From a virus (lineage: Duplodnaviria; Caudoviricetes), in IMG/VR virus record IMGVR_UViG_3300020365_000125, positions 1-24,024 of that record: DNA of 24,024 bases; one strand, given 5' to 3'. Both the position numbers and the translations under genes were made by a program. This document shows positions 14,797 to 24,024 of this stretch, in pieces; position 1 is the first letter of the stretch; each line of letters opens with the position of its first letter. Below the pieces are notes generated by a model. That model was not told the DNA's origin and ran no database searches. It worked only from the letters and a program-made list of their open reading frames with translations.

Positions 14797-16157
14797 CAGA
14801 TTTTGATCAGGTATTCCGTGACAATGTATGGCTGAATATATTTATCCGCCTTAGCATCAGTGTTTCTGTCAATTGTTATCTGAGAAACAAGACCACTATC
14901 TGCTCTAGCAGTAGCAGCTCTAGTCTTCATCTCAAATGTATGTGGTGTGTCAGAATCAAATGCTAATCTATGTCTGTGAATACATTCGTTGCCAACCTCA
15001 CCACTCTGAATTGTGATGTTAGACACAGCAGCAGGACCATGTGTATATTTCTCGTCAAATGGACTGAATGGTAGGTTGGGATCAGTCCAGTTTGTTAGTT
15101 GAACATCAGCTTTAGTCTTGTTACCACCATCACTTACAGTTTTTCCGTTAGGACAACCAATACCGAGGAAAGCAGTACATGTGCAGGTAATTGTATATGT
15201 TCCACAATACTCAACCGTACCAAATGTTTCACATACATCATTTGGTGGGTTGGATGTATTACAACTACCGTTGCTCAATCTAACATTAAACTCTTGTGAT
15301 AAATCACTTGAATATTGTGGACAAATAGAATCATCTGGCCACAAGCAATAACCCTGAGTGGTAAATCCAGTACACTGGTTCCAACATAGACCATAGATTG
15401 TACTGTATCCACCAGGACCATCAGGCACATCTCCAGGACCATCTGACGATGCAGCAACAACAGAAGTAATCTGCCAATAACATGCATCTTGTCTGGTATT
15501 GTACCACCAGTTACAAACATCTAGAGTGCTCTTTGTTCTAACATAGTTTCTCTGCCTACTAGAAAAGTGATTAGAGTTTCTATCAAACTGTCTTACACGA
15601 GTTGTTGTAGTTCTATGTAAGTGTGGTTGGAATGCATTCTGTGGAACTTCAGATGAAAATGTATAAGAACCACTATCAACAGTGAATGATGGTTCTCCTC
15701 TAAGTGTCACAGTTTGAGGTGGAATGTAGAAGTCACCTGTATATGTGAGTTCATATGGACTGTCGATGTTTTGAATAACAGCAAGACCCACACCAGCTTT
15801 AGGAATAGTATCACCAGCATCATTGACTACAAATAGATCATTGTACAAACCAATGTTTGCTGAAGTTGTTGCTCTGATATGTTTGTTTCTTAGATCAGGA
15901 AGTTGAAACTGATTATCATCTAGATTTTGATCTGGTTTCTTAAATCTACACTCACCACCAGTGCCAAGAACACCTGCTAGAATAGGATACTCGGTAGCAA
16001 ACAAGACACTACCATCACATCTCAAATAACCAGCAGGCAATAGTTCTCTATTACTGGAAGCAGTAGGATCAGTTGATGTTAGTTGTTTTGGGAACGATAT
16101 AATAGTTCCACTTAAGGCACCTAGTCTTGCCCTCTCTCGGTTGTAAAATGCAGGCAT
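14796..16157 (-). CDS. Tail-collar domain fibre/baseplate protein with Cys-rich central region
   Basis: GTIISFP...PAGYLRCDG...YPILAGVLG...FQLPDLR collar motif; HLH and HRH motifs; ends EYLIKI. Confidence 0.85.
   Translation of the reverse strand: MPAFYNRERARLGALSGTIISFPKQLTSTDPTASSNRELLPAGYLRCDGSVLFATEYPILAGVLGTGGECRFKKPDQNLDDNQFQLPDLRNKHIRATTSANIGLYNDLFVVNDAGDTIPKAGVGLAVIQNIDSPYELTYTGDFYIPPQTVTLRGEPSFTVDSGSYTFSSEVPQNAFQPHLHRTTTTRVRQFDRNSNHFSSRQRNYVRTKSTLDVCNWWYNTRQDACYWQITSVVAASSDGPGDVPDGPGGYSTIYGLCWNQCTGFTTQGYCLWPDDSICPQYSSDLSQEFNVRLSNGSCNTSNPPNDVCETFGTVEYCGTYTITCTCTAFLGIGCPNGKTVSDGGNKTKADVQLTNWTDPNLPFSPFDEKYTHGPAAVSNITIQSGEVGNECIHRHRLAFDSDTPHTFEMKTRAATARADSGLVSQITIDRNTDAKADKYIQPYIVTEYLIKI
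14839..14845 (-). promoter_or_regulatory. Possible T4-type late promoter (ATAAATA)
   Basis: ATAAATA about 42 nt upstream of the ATG of the 2150-aa fibre. It lies in coding sequence, so it could be chance. Confidence 0.4.
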
Positions 16158-16158
16158 G

Positions 16159-17553
16159 TTAGAACGCTCTGATAATGTACATCATTGTGAGTGATGGTGT
16201 GTTAGGGTTCATAGTAATATTTAACGCAGTATCAACAGATAATGGAATAGTTGTTCCAGTTGAAACATTGTTCACCAACACATTTGTAGGAATAGATAGA
16301 CTTCCTCTTGACATCGTAACTTCCATTGCATCATGAGTGTGTGATCTAAGACCACTGTCCAACCATCTATCAAATGCATGGTTTAGTGTTGTAGCATATG
16401 TATTATTTACTGCTAAGTTAATTGGTTGTTTATCACCAGCAGCAACATCGTAAACAGGATCACTGACATAACTACTAGGCATCTGAGGTCCTCTGTGATA
16501 GTATGGAATGTCTGGTGATGGATAGAAATTTCTCTTACCATTGTATCTACCAGCAGGAGGGAATGTACCTGTTAAAGCATCTGCCTGTACATTTACAACT
16601 GCACTATAATCATCTTGATATCCAGTCTCAATTTTACTATTTGATGGAATGTTTCTAGATCCACTGTTAGGTGGTAAAGGCACCTTGACATTAGCAAGAC
16701 CGATTTGTACAGCACTATCTAAAAGTGGTGCTGAAATTCCACCATCATCGGGATCATACCATGTAATATCTCTCTCACCACTACCCTGAGTAAATGCGTG
16801 AGCAAAACTATCTGAACCTCTGTTACCAATTAGGTCAACACTAGATACTGGGTTTGCTGGTTTAGCAGTTGGAGGATCCCATTCCTGAACTGGTTGACCA
16901 GTTGCAATCACAGCACTAAATGGTGTATCATCATCAAGTGGTCTATGTGTATGTTGTGCAATATGATCAACACCTAGTTTTCTAGGTAAAACATATACTG
17001 TATCAAAATAGATCGGATCATCCATCGTAATACCAGTAATTCTACCAGCAAGGTTATCTGATTGCTCAACATCAAATGTGATATCAACAGATGCCTCTAC
17101 TAGTGTTTCTGGCAGATCGCCCTCAATACCATTTTTACTAATAAGATTTCCCAACTCTAGTAATGCATCAGTTGGCATTCTTGATGCCTCAATGTCAACC
17201 AAAGCAAGTTGATTTAAGTTTGGCAATGCAAATTGATCAACATGTTTAGCTGGGTCATGGTGCAACACACCCTGTGGTGGGTTGTATGGAAAATCATTAA
17301 CAATACCGAAGTTAACACCGAGAATCGATGTAGTGTCAGTTGCTTCGGGAAATGGACCATAGGTGTTACCTATGATCTTTGCTAGCAGTGGATAATCTGC
17401 AGCATTCAACAACTGTGCTTGTAAATCACAAACAATCCAACCTTGAGGAACATTATCAGCACGCTCCCCCACTCTAGATCCACCTCCCCATGGCATGATT
17501 GTGCCAATGGGGGCGATCTTAGTTGATTTTAGTCTACCGTAGTTTGCTGCCAT
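16159..17553 (-). CDS. Tail-collar domain fibre/baseplate protein (gp12/gp10-like architecture)
   Basis: PIGTIMPW.G...PQGWIVCD...YPLLAKIIGNTYG...FALPNL; two HTH (His-Thr-His) motifs; ends P.LTMMYIIRAF. Confidence 0.85.
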   Translation of the reverse strand: MAANYGRLKSTKIAPIGTIMPWGGGSRVGERADNVPQGWIVCDLQAQLLNAADYPLLAKIIGNTYGPFPEATDTTSILGVNFGIVNDFPYNPPQGVLHHDPAKHVDQFALPNLNQLALVDIEASRMPTDALLELGNLISKNGIEGDLPETLVEASVDITFDVEQSDNLAGRITGITMDDPIYFDTVYVLPRKLGVDHIAQHTHRPLDDDTPFSAVIATGQPVQEWDPPTAKPANPVSSVDLIGNRGSDSFAHAFTQGSGERDITWYDPDDGGISAPLLDSAVQIGLANVKVPLPPNSGSRNIPSNSKIETGYQDDYSAVVNVQADALTGTFPPAGRYNGKRNFYPSPDIPYYHRGPQMPSSYVSDPVYDVAAGDKQPINLAVNNTYATTLNHAFDRWLDSGLRSHTHDAMEVTMSRGSLSIPTNVLVNNVSTGTTIPLSVDTALNITMNPNTPSLTMMYIIRAF

Positions 17554-17556
17554 TTA

Positions 17557-20500
17557 TCAGATCTCCTTGAGCCACCATCCAGTTACAGAGGAAGAAACAA
17601 TTGTTCCTTGAGAATCCGATGCACCTAGGTAGATCAAGGTGAACGCTGCATTTGGAGTCTGTACGACCAGTTCACCAGATGCGTATGGTGTGGATCCGCC
17701 CAGTCCAATTGTTGTTCCTTGAGCATCACCCTGAACTCTTACACTAGTTCCGAGTGCTCTGATAATCAGAGATGTGTTGTAGGTTAGGTTACCACCCACT
17801 TCAATAAATTCGATTCTATCACCAGTTTGTGCATTTTCAGGTAGGAATAGAACCAGATCGTCGTCAGCAGATACATTGACAAAGTATGTAAGGTTGACAT
17901 CTAGATTCAATTCAGCAGCATCAGATCCACTGGAAACATAACGAGCATGTCTACCACCAGATGTGGTATAGAAGTTGCTATATCCGAATGCATCAATCGA
18001 ATTGTCTTGGTTAATTACAAACTTATCAGCACCATTGACACCTAGGTTCTCAACAGTTAACTTAGGAGTCTTAGGTGGAGATTCTGCTGCAGAACCTACA
18101 ACTGTCCAGCTGTTACCAACTAAACCATCACCAAATACATCGACTTTAAACGATGGGAGACACGAGTCTGCATTTGTGACGACATTTTCTGGGCAAGATG
18201 TTGGATAGAGAGTAATGTTACCTCTACCAACAACACCTGCATCGAAGAAAATAGATCCAGAGTGATCTGCGTGACCGTCATCATTCTCAACAACCAAGAT
18301 GTTAGACTTCTGTACAGAGTCCTTGATCGTAATGTTACCACCATTCATGGTGAAGTCCTTGTTCAGAACTAGATCACCATTTCTATGAGTGATGTTACCA
18401 TTCTGGAGTGTCTCATCCATGATGCTGGTATGGACCTTACCAAGCAGTCCACCATTGACTAGATAGAGATTATCATTGGTTCCATCAGTAATTCTAATCC
18501 ACTGAGTGTAATCAAGTTTTGTCTGTACAATATGACCACGGTTGATGATCATAGAGACATATGGTGTTGCAACACCAGCCACATCACGAGATCTCTCCTG
18601 AATATCAATCATCTGAGAAGACTCAGGATGCTTGAGAATTCTAACTACAGTTGTTGTAGTTGCAGGATAATCAGTTAGAGCTTGTGCTGTAGTTCCTTCT
18701 TGTGCTGGTAGAGCACGAATTACCTTTCCAGGTACATCAACAGCAGCGATCTTCATGATCTCCCACTGTACATCATCAGAACCAGAAGGTACACCCTTAT
18801 CAGAAACTTGACTTGTCTTACCAACGATGATTAGATCGTCGATTGCAAATCTACCAGATCCAGTTCCAAGATCAGCAACAGTTAGGTATACAGAACCTGC
18901 TACAGATCCAGTTGCAGCTTGTGCAGTTAGAGTAGTGATTGGACCACCAGCGTTGATGGTAGCAGGATCAACCCAATAAGAGAAGATATTATAATCATCC
19001 TCAGATCCAGAGTATGCTGCTACAGTATCATCAGGATCCTGAGCAGATGGAGTGAGTCTACTAATATCAATTCGTCTGAACTGATTACCAACCTCAAGAG
19101 AAGCACTACAGGTGTCAAAGTACAGAGTATTCTGATCACTACCATTAGTGAGAATAAACTCCTCGTTTCTTACTGCCTTGAATACTACACTATTAATAGT
19201 TGCAGTTAGAATCAATGGTTTCGTTAGTTTAACGAAATCAGTACCAATCTCAGTAATTCTGGTGTTGCCCTGCATTTCAGCAGCGATTCCACCAACATTG
19301 AAGGAGATTACATCACCGATCGATACCTTAGCAATGTCAGCAGCACTAATATTAGTGATCATGAATGTTGCTGTAGTACCAGTCACAGGTGTGATAGTAC
19401 CAGTGAATGTACCTTTCTGAGTGGTTCCACAACCACCCTTGAGATTAAATCCACCTTCAAGTGTGACATCACCACCGATGTAAGTATCACCAGTTACAGT
19501 GTCTACCTCGAATACCTTAGTTTCTGTAGGATCACCACAGTCAGTAATTGTGAACTTCTGAACTAGTTGATCAAGAGATGTCTCAACCTTGATAACTTCA
19601 CCCTGATCAAAGATGCCATCGCTATCTGTATCTTCACGATCAACAATTACATAGTCACCTTCATTCAGAGCACCACCAAATTCTGCAAGATATACATTAT
19701 CCTTAGGACCAGTGTTATCTAGATATTGCTCAGTCCAAGTGGAATCAAACTGAACATTAACTTTATAGATTGCAGTTGTATCAGGATGGTTCTCTAACTG
19801 TCCAGTGAATGTACCAAATGGCTTACGCTTTACCTTAATATAGTAAGGAGCAGCGTTGATTCTGGTTAGTTCAACAATCTGTACAAATTCAGGATATCCA
19901 GTAGATCCTACGACAGCACTGTCGATAAGCAGATAGTTGTTTTCCTGATAGTATGGTACGCCATTGACTTCTGGTAAGTTCTTCAATGGTAGATAGAACT
20001 CATCACCAGATAGAGCAGGTAGGAACTGAGGTTCAACTACTGGTGTGCCACCAATACTAGTAACTTCTTGCTGATATGCAGATCCACCCCAATCACCAGA
20101 ACCAGCAGTATCAATCTGGTTGTATCCGTCATCTGTTACCGCTAGGCGATTTACATTGAGGATATCAATGTTCTTGTTAAACTGAGATTGTCCAAGAACT
20201 CCAGTCTGGTGCTCAACGATTGCAGATCCAGATTGTCCTCTCAAACCTTCAAATGCGAAGGATGCAAGTCCACCACAAATCTTGACATCGCCGTTAAACT
20301 CAGCAGATGCAATAACCTCTAGTTGGTTATTGATAGTGGTCTTACCACCCTGACCTGCAATGTTAACTTCAGATGCATTTAGACCGAAGTTAATAGTAGA
20401 TGCAGAACCAGAGTCAGAGAAGAAGCTAACTGTACCAGCAGTGGTAGATAGTCTGACAGTCTCAGTAATACCGCGTCTGGTTCCTAACTGGAAGTCACCA

Positions 20501-23500
20501 TTGACCTTGAAGGACTTGGTTTTAACTTCAGTGTAGGATAGAGACTCGTTATTGTTGTATGCACCACCAATCTCAACCTTGGAGATATTAGTTGCAGGAG
20601 TGTCAGGTGTAGTACCAATGAAGATGTTGCTGTGTAGAGACTTCGTACCGAAGCTCATAAACTGATCAGCAGTTGTTTCGTTAGCAACTTCTACATTCTG
20701 TACCCAACCAGCAACCTTGAGACCATTGACTCCACCAACGCTTTGTTGTACAGAACCAGTGAATCCACTGTTCATTAAGAAGTTGAACTGTCCAGAAGTA
20801 ATATCTGTTCTGATTTCAGCAGTGTTAGAACCACCACCACCATGAACTTCAATGTCCTCTTGGAATCTAGCATCACCAGTGAATCTGGACTCACCATCAA
20901 CAACTAGTGCTCTATCAAGTTCAGCTCTGGTTACATTGATACCAACACGACCGTTATTGGTTGTTGCAACACGAAGTGTTGCTTCACTTTCAGGTGCATT
21001 CCAGATGCCACCAACCAACAATGCCTCATCAACAGGAGTCTTGGTGCGATCTGCATATGCAGAATGTGCTCCAAAGTCATCAGTGATGAAACCACTGATC
21101 CAAGCATTACCCATAACATCTAGGTTTGCCTGTGGTTCAGTATTAGCATCTACCCAGTTATCAATGTAAGAATCGCGATCTGCTCTTACAACAGTGTTGA
21201 CACCTAACTTATACTCACCGATAGAGTCAGTCTTAGTTCTTAGTGCTTCAGCACCAAGTACACCCCACTCTTTCCAGTTGGAGTTAGAGAACTCAATTCT
21301 AATGTTTGGATTTGCTGCAACTTCAGAGGACCAGAGTCGTGGGTTGTCACCCTGTACACTGTTCTTGACATTGTTAATAGCAAATTGACATGTATTAGAA
21401 CTACCGCTAAATCCATTAGCGATTACCTGCCAAGTTCCATCGAGTTGACTATCAGATGCACCAGCAATTCTGATTTCAGAACCAGTTGTGATACCAAGTA
21501 GATCGTTAGTTAGAGATCCGTCCCACTCAATTGTAACCACATTGGTGTTGTTGAATGTCAATGAATATACATTCAGGTTACCAATGATGGTAAAGAAGTT
21601 TGCATAGATCCAACCAAGAGATCCTGTAGATCCAACAAATCCACCCTTGAGTAGCATGTCTCCTGTGAGTGGAGCACCAGCATTACCATATTGTACGATC
21701 TGAGAAGCACCAAATGTGCCAGACTGATCAGGTGTGATGTTAGATGGAGTTGTGCCAACAATATGAGTTTGAATCTTATATGGTTGTCCATCCCTGCGAC
21801 TATTGAACTGGAAAATTGCCGAGGAAATTTTATTGCGACTAATGACAATATCACCTTCGGTTTCCTGATTTCTGAGGAATGCAGATCTATCGAGAGATCC
21901 ATCATCGATAGCAGGATCAACGAACGAGGAGATTCTGAGAGCAGACTCTCTTACACTACCAAGAACATTGATTAGGACAGGAGAGTTGAATGTGCTACGA
22001 CGATCCTGTGCATCACCACCGTTAACAGTGATGTATTCGTTGAATGTTACAGGAGTGTCAAATGTCGTAACTAGGTTGCCGAGATCCTCATCATCATCAG
22101 CGGAGTCAACCAACTGTGCAGATTCTAGGAACTCTTCTTCACCAGTGATAGCGTCAATCTTACGGTTACCAATGTATAGGTCACCGTTAGAGTTCAGACC
22201 AGTGTAGAATACTAGACCACCATCTTGCTTCTTAGATTGTGCAAAGAAGTCTTGAGTTGGTGTGAGTACAACTTCCTGACGAGCAGGTAGACCAGTTGAA
22301 TAGTTACCAGGACCGAAACCTAGGTATTCAAAGGTGTGGTTACCAGCACGAGCGATAGATGGTCTACGGAGTTCAACATAGTAACGCTGATCACTCATGA
22401 CTGTGCTGTCACCAGCAATAGGAATCTTACGATCCTCAGATCCAGATGCAGCATTACCTGCCTGTGCAATCAGTCTGTTATCAACAGTAGAGCTGACCTG
22501 AGTATAAGAATTACCCTCAAGTGCAGGTGTTGCTAGGAGGTCAATCATTGCCTCCTTAGTCATCGATCCCTTGAAGTCGTTAACTCTTACAAGACCGTGT
22601 ACATAGTTGTCTGCAGCAGAGTATGTTGCAGGAGGATCAACCAATGTAGCATCCAGTTTCTGATACCAGAGAGGATCGTTCTTGTAGTTGAGTGGATATA
22701 GTTTGCTGATAGGCTGAGAGAACTTGAAGTTCCTGAAGTTGCCTAGGTTACCAGCACCCTGTGGGAATGGTGAGATGTTACCACGAACAGCAGTTAGATA
22801 GTAGATACCATCTTGCTGACCGAAGATACGGCGTTGTACCTCTTCAACATCAAAGATGTAGAATGTGTCATCAATAACACCAACATCAGTTACAGAGTCG
22901 ATGTAGTATTGAATACCAGCATCGTCTTCGATGATATCACCAGGAGTTACAGTATAAACTGGTGCTCCGTTCTGTCTGTAGTAATACTCAGGATAGTTCT
23001 TACGGATCAGTTCCTTAATAACAAGAGACTTACCAAAGTCAGCGTCTGCAAGTAGATCGGAGAATGCAGCACCTTGACCAATTCTGATATTCTCAATAGT
23101 GTCGAATGTGAGAGCACCTACAACACCCTTAAGGATCATGTACCAGTCAGATGTTCCAGGAACATTTGTGATAGCATGTAGATAACCATAACCAGAAGAG
23201 TTACCGAACCACTCAACACGGTTAACTGCATCAGAAGACTGAGTTCTATCTGCAACAAAGTTGCCACCCTGAGGTGCAGTAACTTTAATTGTAGTGAATG
23301 TCTCATTGATCAGACCAGTGTTAGTGATCTCAGGGTTGATGACAGTCAGTTCTAAGTAGTCATTGCCAGATGCTTGCTCAGTAAAGTATCTACCAGACTG
23401 AATAGTCATGGCAACATAGTTCTGAGTCTCAATCTTCTTAGCATACTGTACAGTGCCAATCAGATCCTTTCTGAATGGATCATACTCAACTGCTGGATCT

Positions 23501-24024
23501 AGATTTAGATTGTCAAATTCAGATTGAGTAACACCAATAACTTCATTCTGCTGAACTGGGTTGAAGAATCTCGCCTTGGTTACATTACCAGATACAGGCT
23601 TCAGTACCAGTTTCTGTGGTACGAGTTTTCTTGTTTCGTCAGTTCTAGTCTTAATTGTGAAACCATTGATAGGATCACGAGCAGACTGCAGATAAGATGG
23701 AATGACATAACGCAAGCGATAGATTCTATCTGTTGCTTCACGCTCATCCTTGACACGCTCAAAGAAGGAGTCGTTAGTCTTATCAATACCATCAGCATAT
23801 TCTCTGATACGACCGATGATCTGATCAGTGCCTAGATCGTTCTCAACTTGTAGATACCACTTACCATAGATTACTGGAGCAGTTCCAGGGTTGGTGTAAG
23901 CGGGATCAAACTTCATAGGCGACTCACGCTTGTTAGCGAAGACGCTGAAGTCATAGGTTCCAGGTTGGAATGTGATTTCATTTACACCACCCTCAGCATC
24001 TGCCTTAGTCTTATAGATGGTGAA
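17557..24024 (-). CDS. Giant virion structural/tail protein, 5'-partial (frame is open to the window end)
   Basis: The frame continues without a stop upstream of 23916 (FTIYKTKADAEGG...KRESP-MKFD). It is beta/Gly-rich. The C-terminal YFVNV...LP...TGDRI...GG...L.V......LIY...GW module is of the T4 gp9/gp34-like type. Confidence 0.85.
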   Translation of the reverse strand, partial: FTIYKTKADAEGGVNEITFQPGTYDFSVFANKRESPMKFDPAYTNPGTAPVIYGKWYLQVENDLGTDQIIGRIREYADGIDKTNDSFFERVKDEREATDRIYRLRYVIPSYLQSARDPINGFTIKTRTDETRKLVPQKLVLKPVSGNVTKARFFNPVQQNEVIGVTQSEFDNLNLDPAVEYDPFRKDLIGTVQYAKKIETQNYVAMTIQSGRYFTEQASGNDYLELTVINPEITNTGLINETFTTIKVTAPQGGNFVADRTQSSDAVNRVEWFGNSSGYGYLHAITNVPGTSDWYMILKGVVGALTFDTIENIRIGQGAAFSDLLADADFGKSLVIKELIRKNYPEYYYRQNGAPVYTVTPGDIIEDDAGIQYYIDSVTDVGVIDDTFYIFDVEEVQRRIFGQQDGIYYLTAVRGNISPFPQGAGNLGNFRNFKFSQPISKLYPLNYKNDPLWYQKLDATLVDPPATYSAADNYVHGLVRVNDFKGSMTKEAMIDLLATPALEGNSYTQVSSTVDNRLIAQAGNAASGSEDRKIPIAGDSTVMSDQRYYVELRRPSIARAGNHTFEYLGFGPGNYSTGLPARQEVVLTPTQDFFAQSKKQDGGLVFYTGLNSNGDLYIGNRKIDAITGEEEFLESAQLVDSADDDEDLGNLVTTFDTPVTFNEYITVNGGDAQDRRSTFNSPVLINVLGSVRESALRISSFVDPAIDDGSLDRSAFLRNQETEGDIVISRNKISSAIFQFNSRRDGQPYKIQTHIVGTTPSNITPDQSGTFGASQIVQYGNAGAPLTGDMLLKGGFVGSTGSLGWIYANFFTIIGNLNVYSLTFNNTNVVTIEWDGSLTNDLLGITTGSEIRIAGASDSQLDGTWQVIANGFSGSSNTCQFAINNVKNSVQGDNPRLWSSEVAANPNIRIEFSNSNWKEWGVLGAEALRTKTDSIGEYKLGVNTVVRADRDSYIDNWVDANTEPQANLDVMGNAWISGFITDDFGAHSAYADRTKTPVDEALLVGGIWNAPESEATLRVATTNNGRVGINVTRAELDRALVVDGESRFTGDARFQEDIEVHGGGGSNTAEIRTDITSGQFNFLMNSGFTGSVQQSVGGVNGLKVAGWVQNVEVANETTADQFMSFGTKSLHSNIFIGTTPDTPATNISKVEIGGAYNNNESLSYTEVKTKSFKVNGDFQLGTRRGITETVRLSTTAGTVSFFSDSGSASTINFGLNASEVNIAGQGGKTTINNQLEVIASAEFNGDVKICGGLASFAFEGLRGQSGSAIVEHQTGVLGQSQFNKNIDILNVNRLAVTDDGYNQIDTAGSGDWGGSAYQQEVTSIGGTPVVEPQFLPALSGDEFYLPLKNLPEVNGVPYYQENNYLLIDSAVVGSTGYPEFVQIVELTRINAAPYYIKVKRKPFGTFTGQLENHPDTTAIYKVNVQFDSTWTEQYLDNTGPKDNVYLAEFGGALNEGDYVIVDREDTDSDGIFDQGEVIKVETSLDQLVQKFTITDCGDPTETKVFEVDTVTGDTYIGGDVTLEGGFNLKGGCGTTQKGTFTGTITPVTGTTATFMITNISAADIAKVSIGDVISFNVGGIAAEMQGNTRITEIGTDFVKLTKPLILTATINSVVFKAVRNEEFILTNGSDQNTLYFDTCSASLEVGNQFRRIDISRLTPSAQDPDDTVAAYSGSEDDYNIFSYWVDPATINAGGPITTLTAQAATGSVAGSVYLTVADLGTGSGRFAIDDLIIVGKTSQVSDKGVPSGSDDVQWEIMKIAAVDVPGKVIRALPAQEGTTAQALTDYPATTTTVVRILKHPESSQMIDIQERSRDVAGVATPYVSMIINRGHIVQTKLDYTQWIRITDGTNDNLYLVNGGLLGKVHTSIMDETLQNGNITHRNGDLVLNKDFTMNGGNITIKDSVQKSNILVVENDDGHADHSGSIFFDAGVVGRGNITLYPTSCPENVVTNADSCLPSFKVDVFGDGLVGNSWTVVGSAAESPPKTPKLTVENLGVNGADKFVINQDNSIDAFGYSNFYTTSGGRHARYVSSGSDAAELNLDVNLTYFVNVSADDDLVLFLPENAQTGDRIEFIEVGGNLTYNTSLIIRALGTSVRVQGDAQGTTIGLGGSTPYASGELVVQTPNAAFTLIYLGASDSQGTIVSSSVTGWWLKEI

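Noticed and set aside
8344-17553. Diversity-generating retroelement or invertible tail-fibre cassette
   Set aside because: No reverse transcriptase or invertase is present, and I saw no near-identical template/variable nucleotide repeat pair. The repeats are old and visible only at protein level.
17551-17560. ATAAAT upstream of 17553 as a late promoter
   Set aside because: It is an incomplete match (ATAAATG) that overlaps the start codon itself, leaving no room for a transcript leader.
8023-23798. Short minus-strand ORFs nested out of frame in the structural genes (e.g. 9408..9650, 9672..10070, 21573..21920)
   Set aside because: Val/Leu/Met-rich products typical of the shifted frame of GGT/GAT-biased coding; no independent evidence.
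141-23835. All plus-strand ORFs in the track (e.g. 289..810, 5730..6161, 5980..6471, 6212..6727, 9704..9892)
   Set aside because: They are antisense shadows of well-supported minus-strand genes with no recognisable motifs. The poly-Pro ORFs simply mirror Gly codons.

Overview
This window looks like part of a T4-like marine cyanophage (cyanomyovirus) genome, with essentially all real genes on the minus strand. The right part (about 7.0-24.0 kb) is a late structural/tail module. It has the 3' part of a giant virion protein that runs off the window end, three paralogous tail-collar/HxH fibre genes, a tail-fibre assembly chaperone and a hypothetical gene. One fibre is a 2150-aa mosaic carrying a YbhB/YbcL (PEBP)-like domain, tandem repeats and a Gly-rich block. 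The left part (1-7.0 kb) is a dense early/accessory region of small genes, several missed by the ORF track, driven by sigma70-like promoters. Five of these promoters carry a shared 22-bp imperfect palindrome 29-30 bp upstream of the -10 box. Main highlight: a compact MspI/HinP1I-like endonuclease plus beta-class amino-methyltransferase pair behind a structured RNA leader, in a window where I could find no CCGG site by eye. Other highlights are the palindrome-promoter cassettes, a 200-nt same-strand overlap between an AbrB-like gene and a very basic protein, and the PEBP domain inside the tail fibre. All family calls come from recalled motifs; no database search was run.
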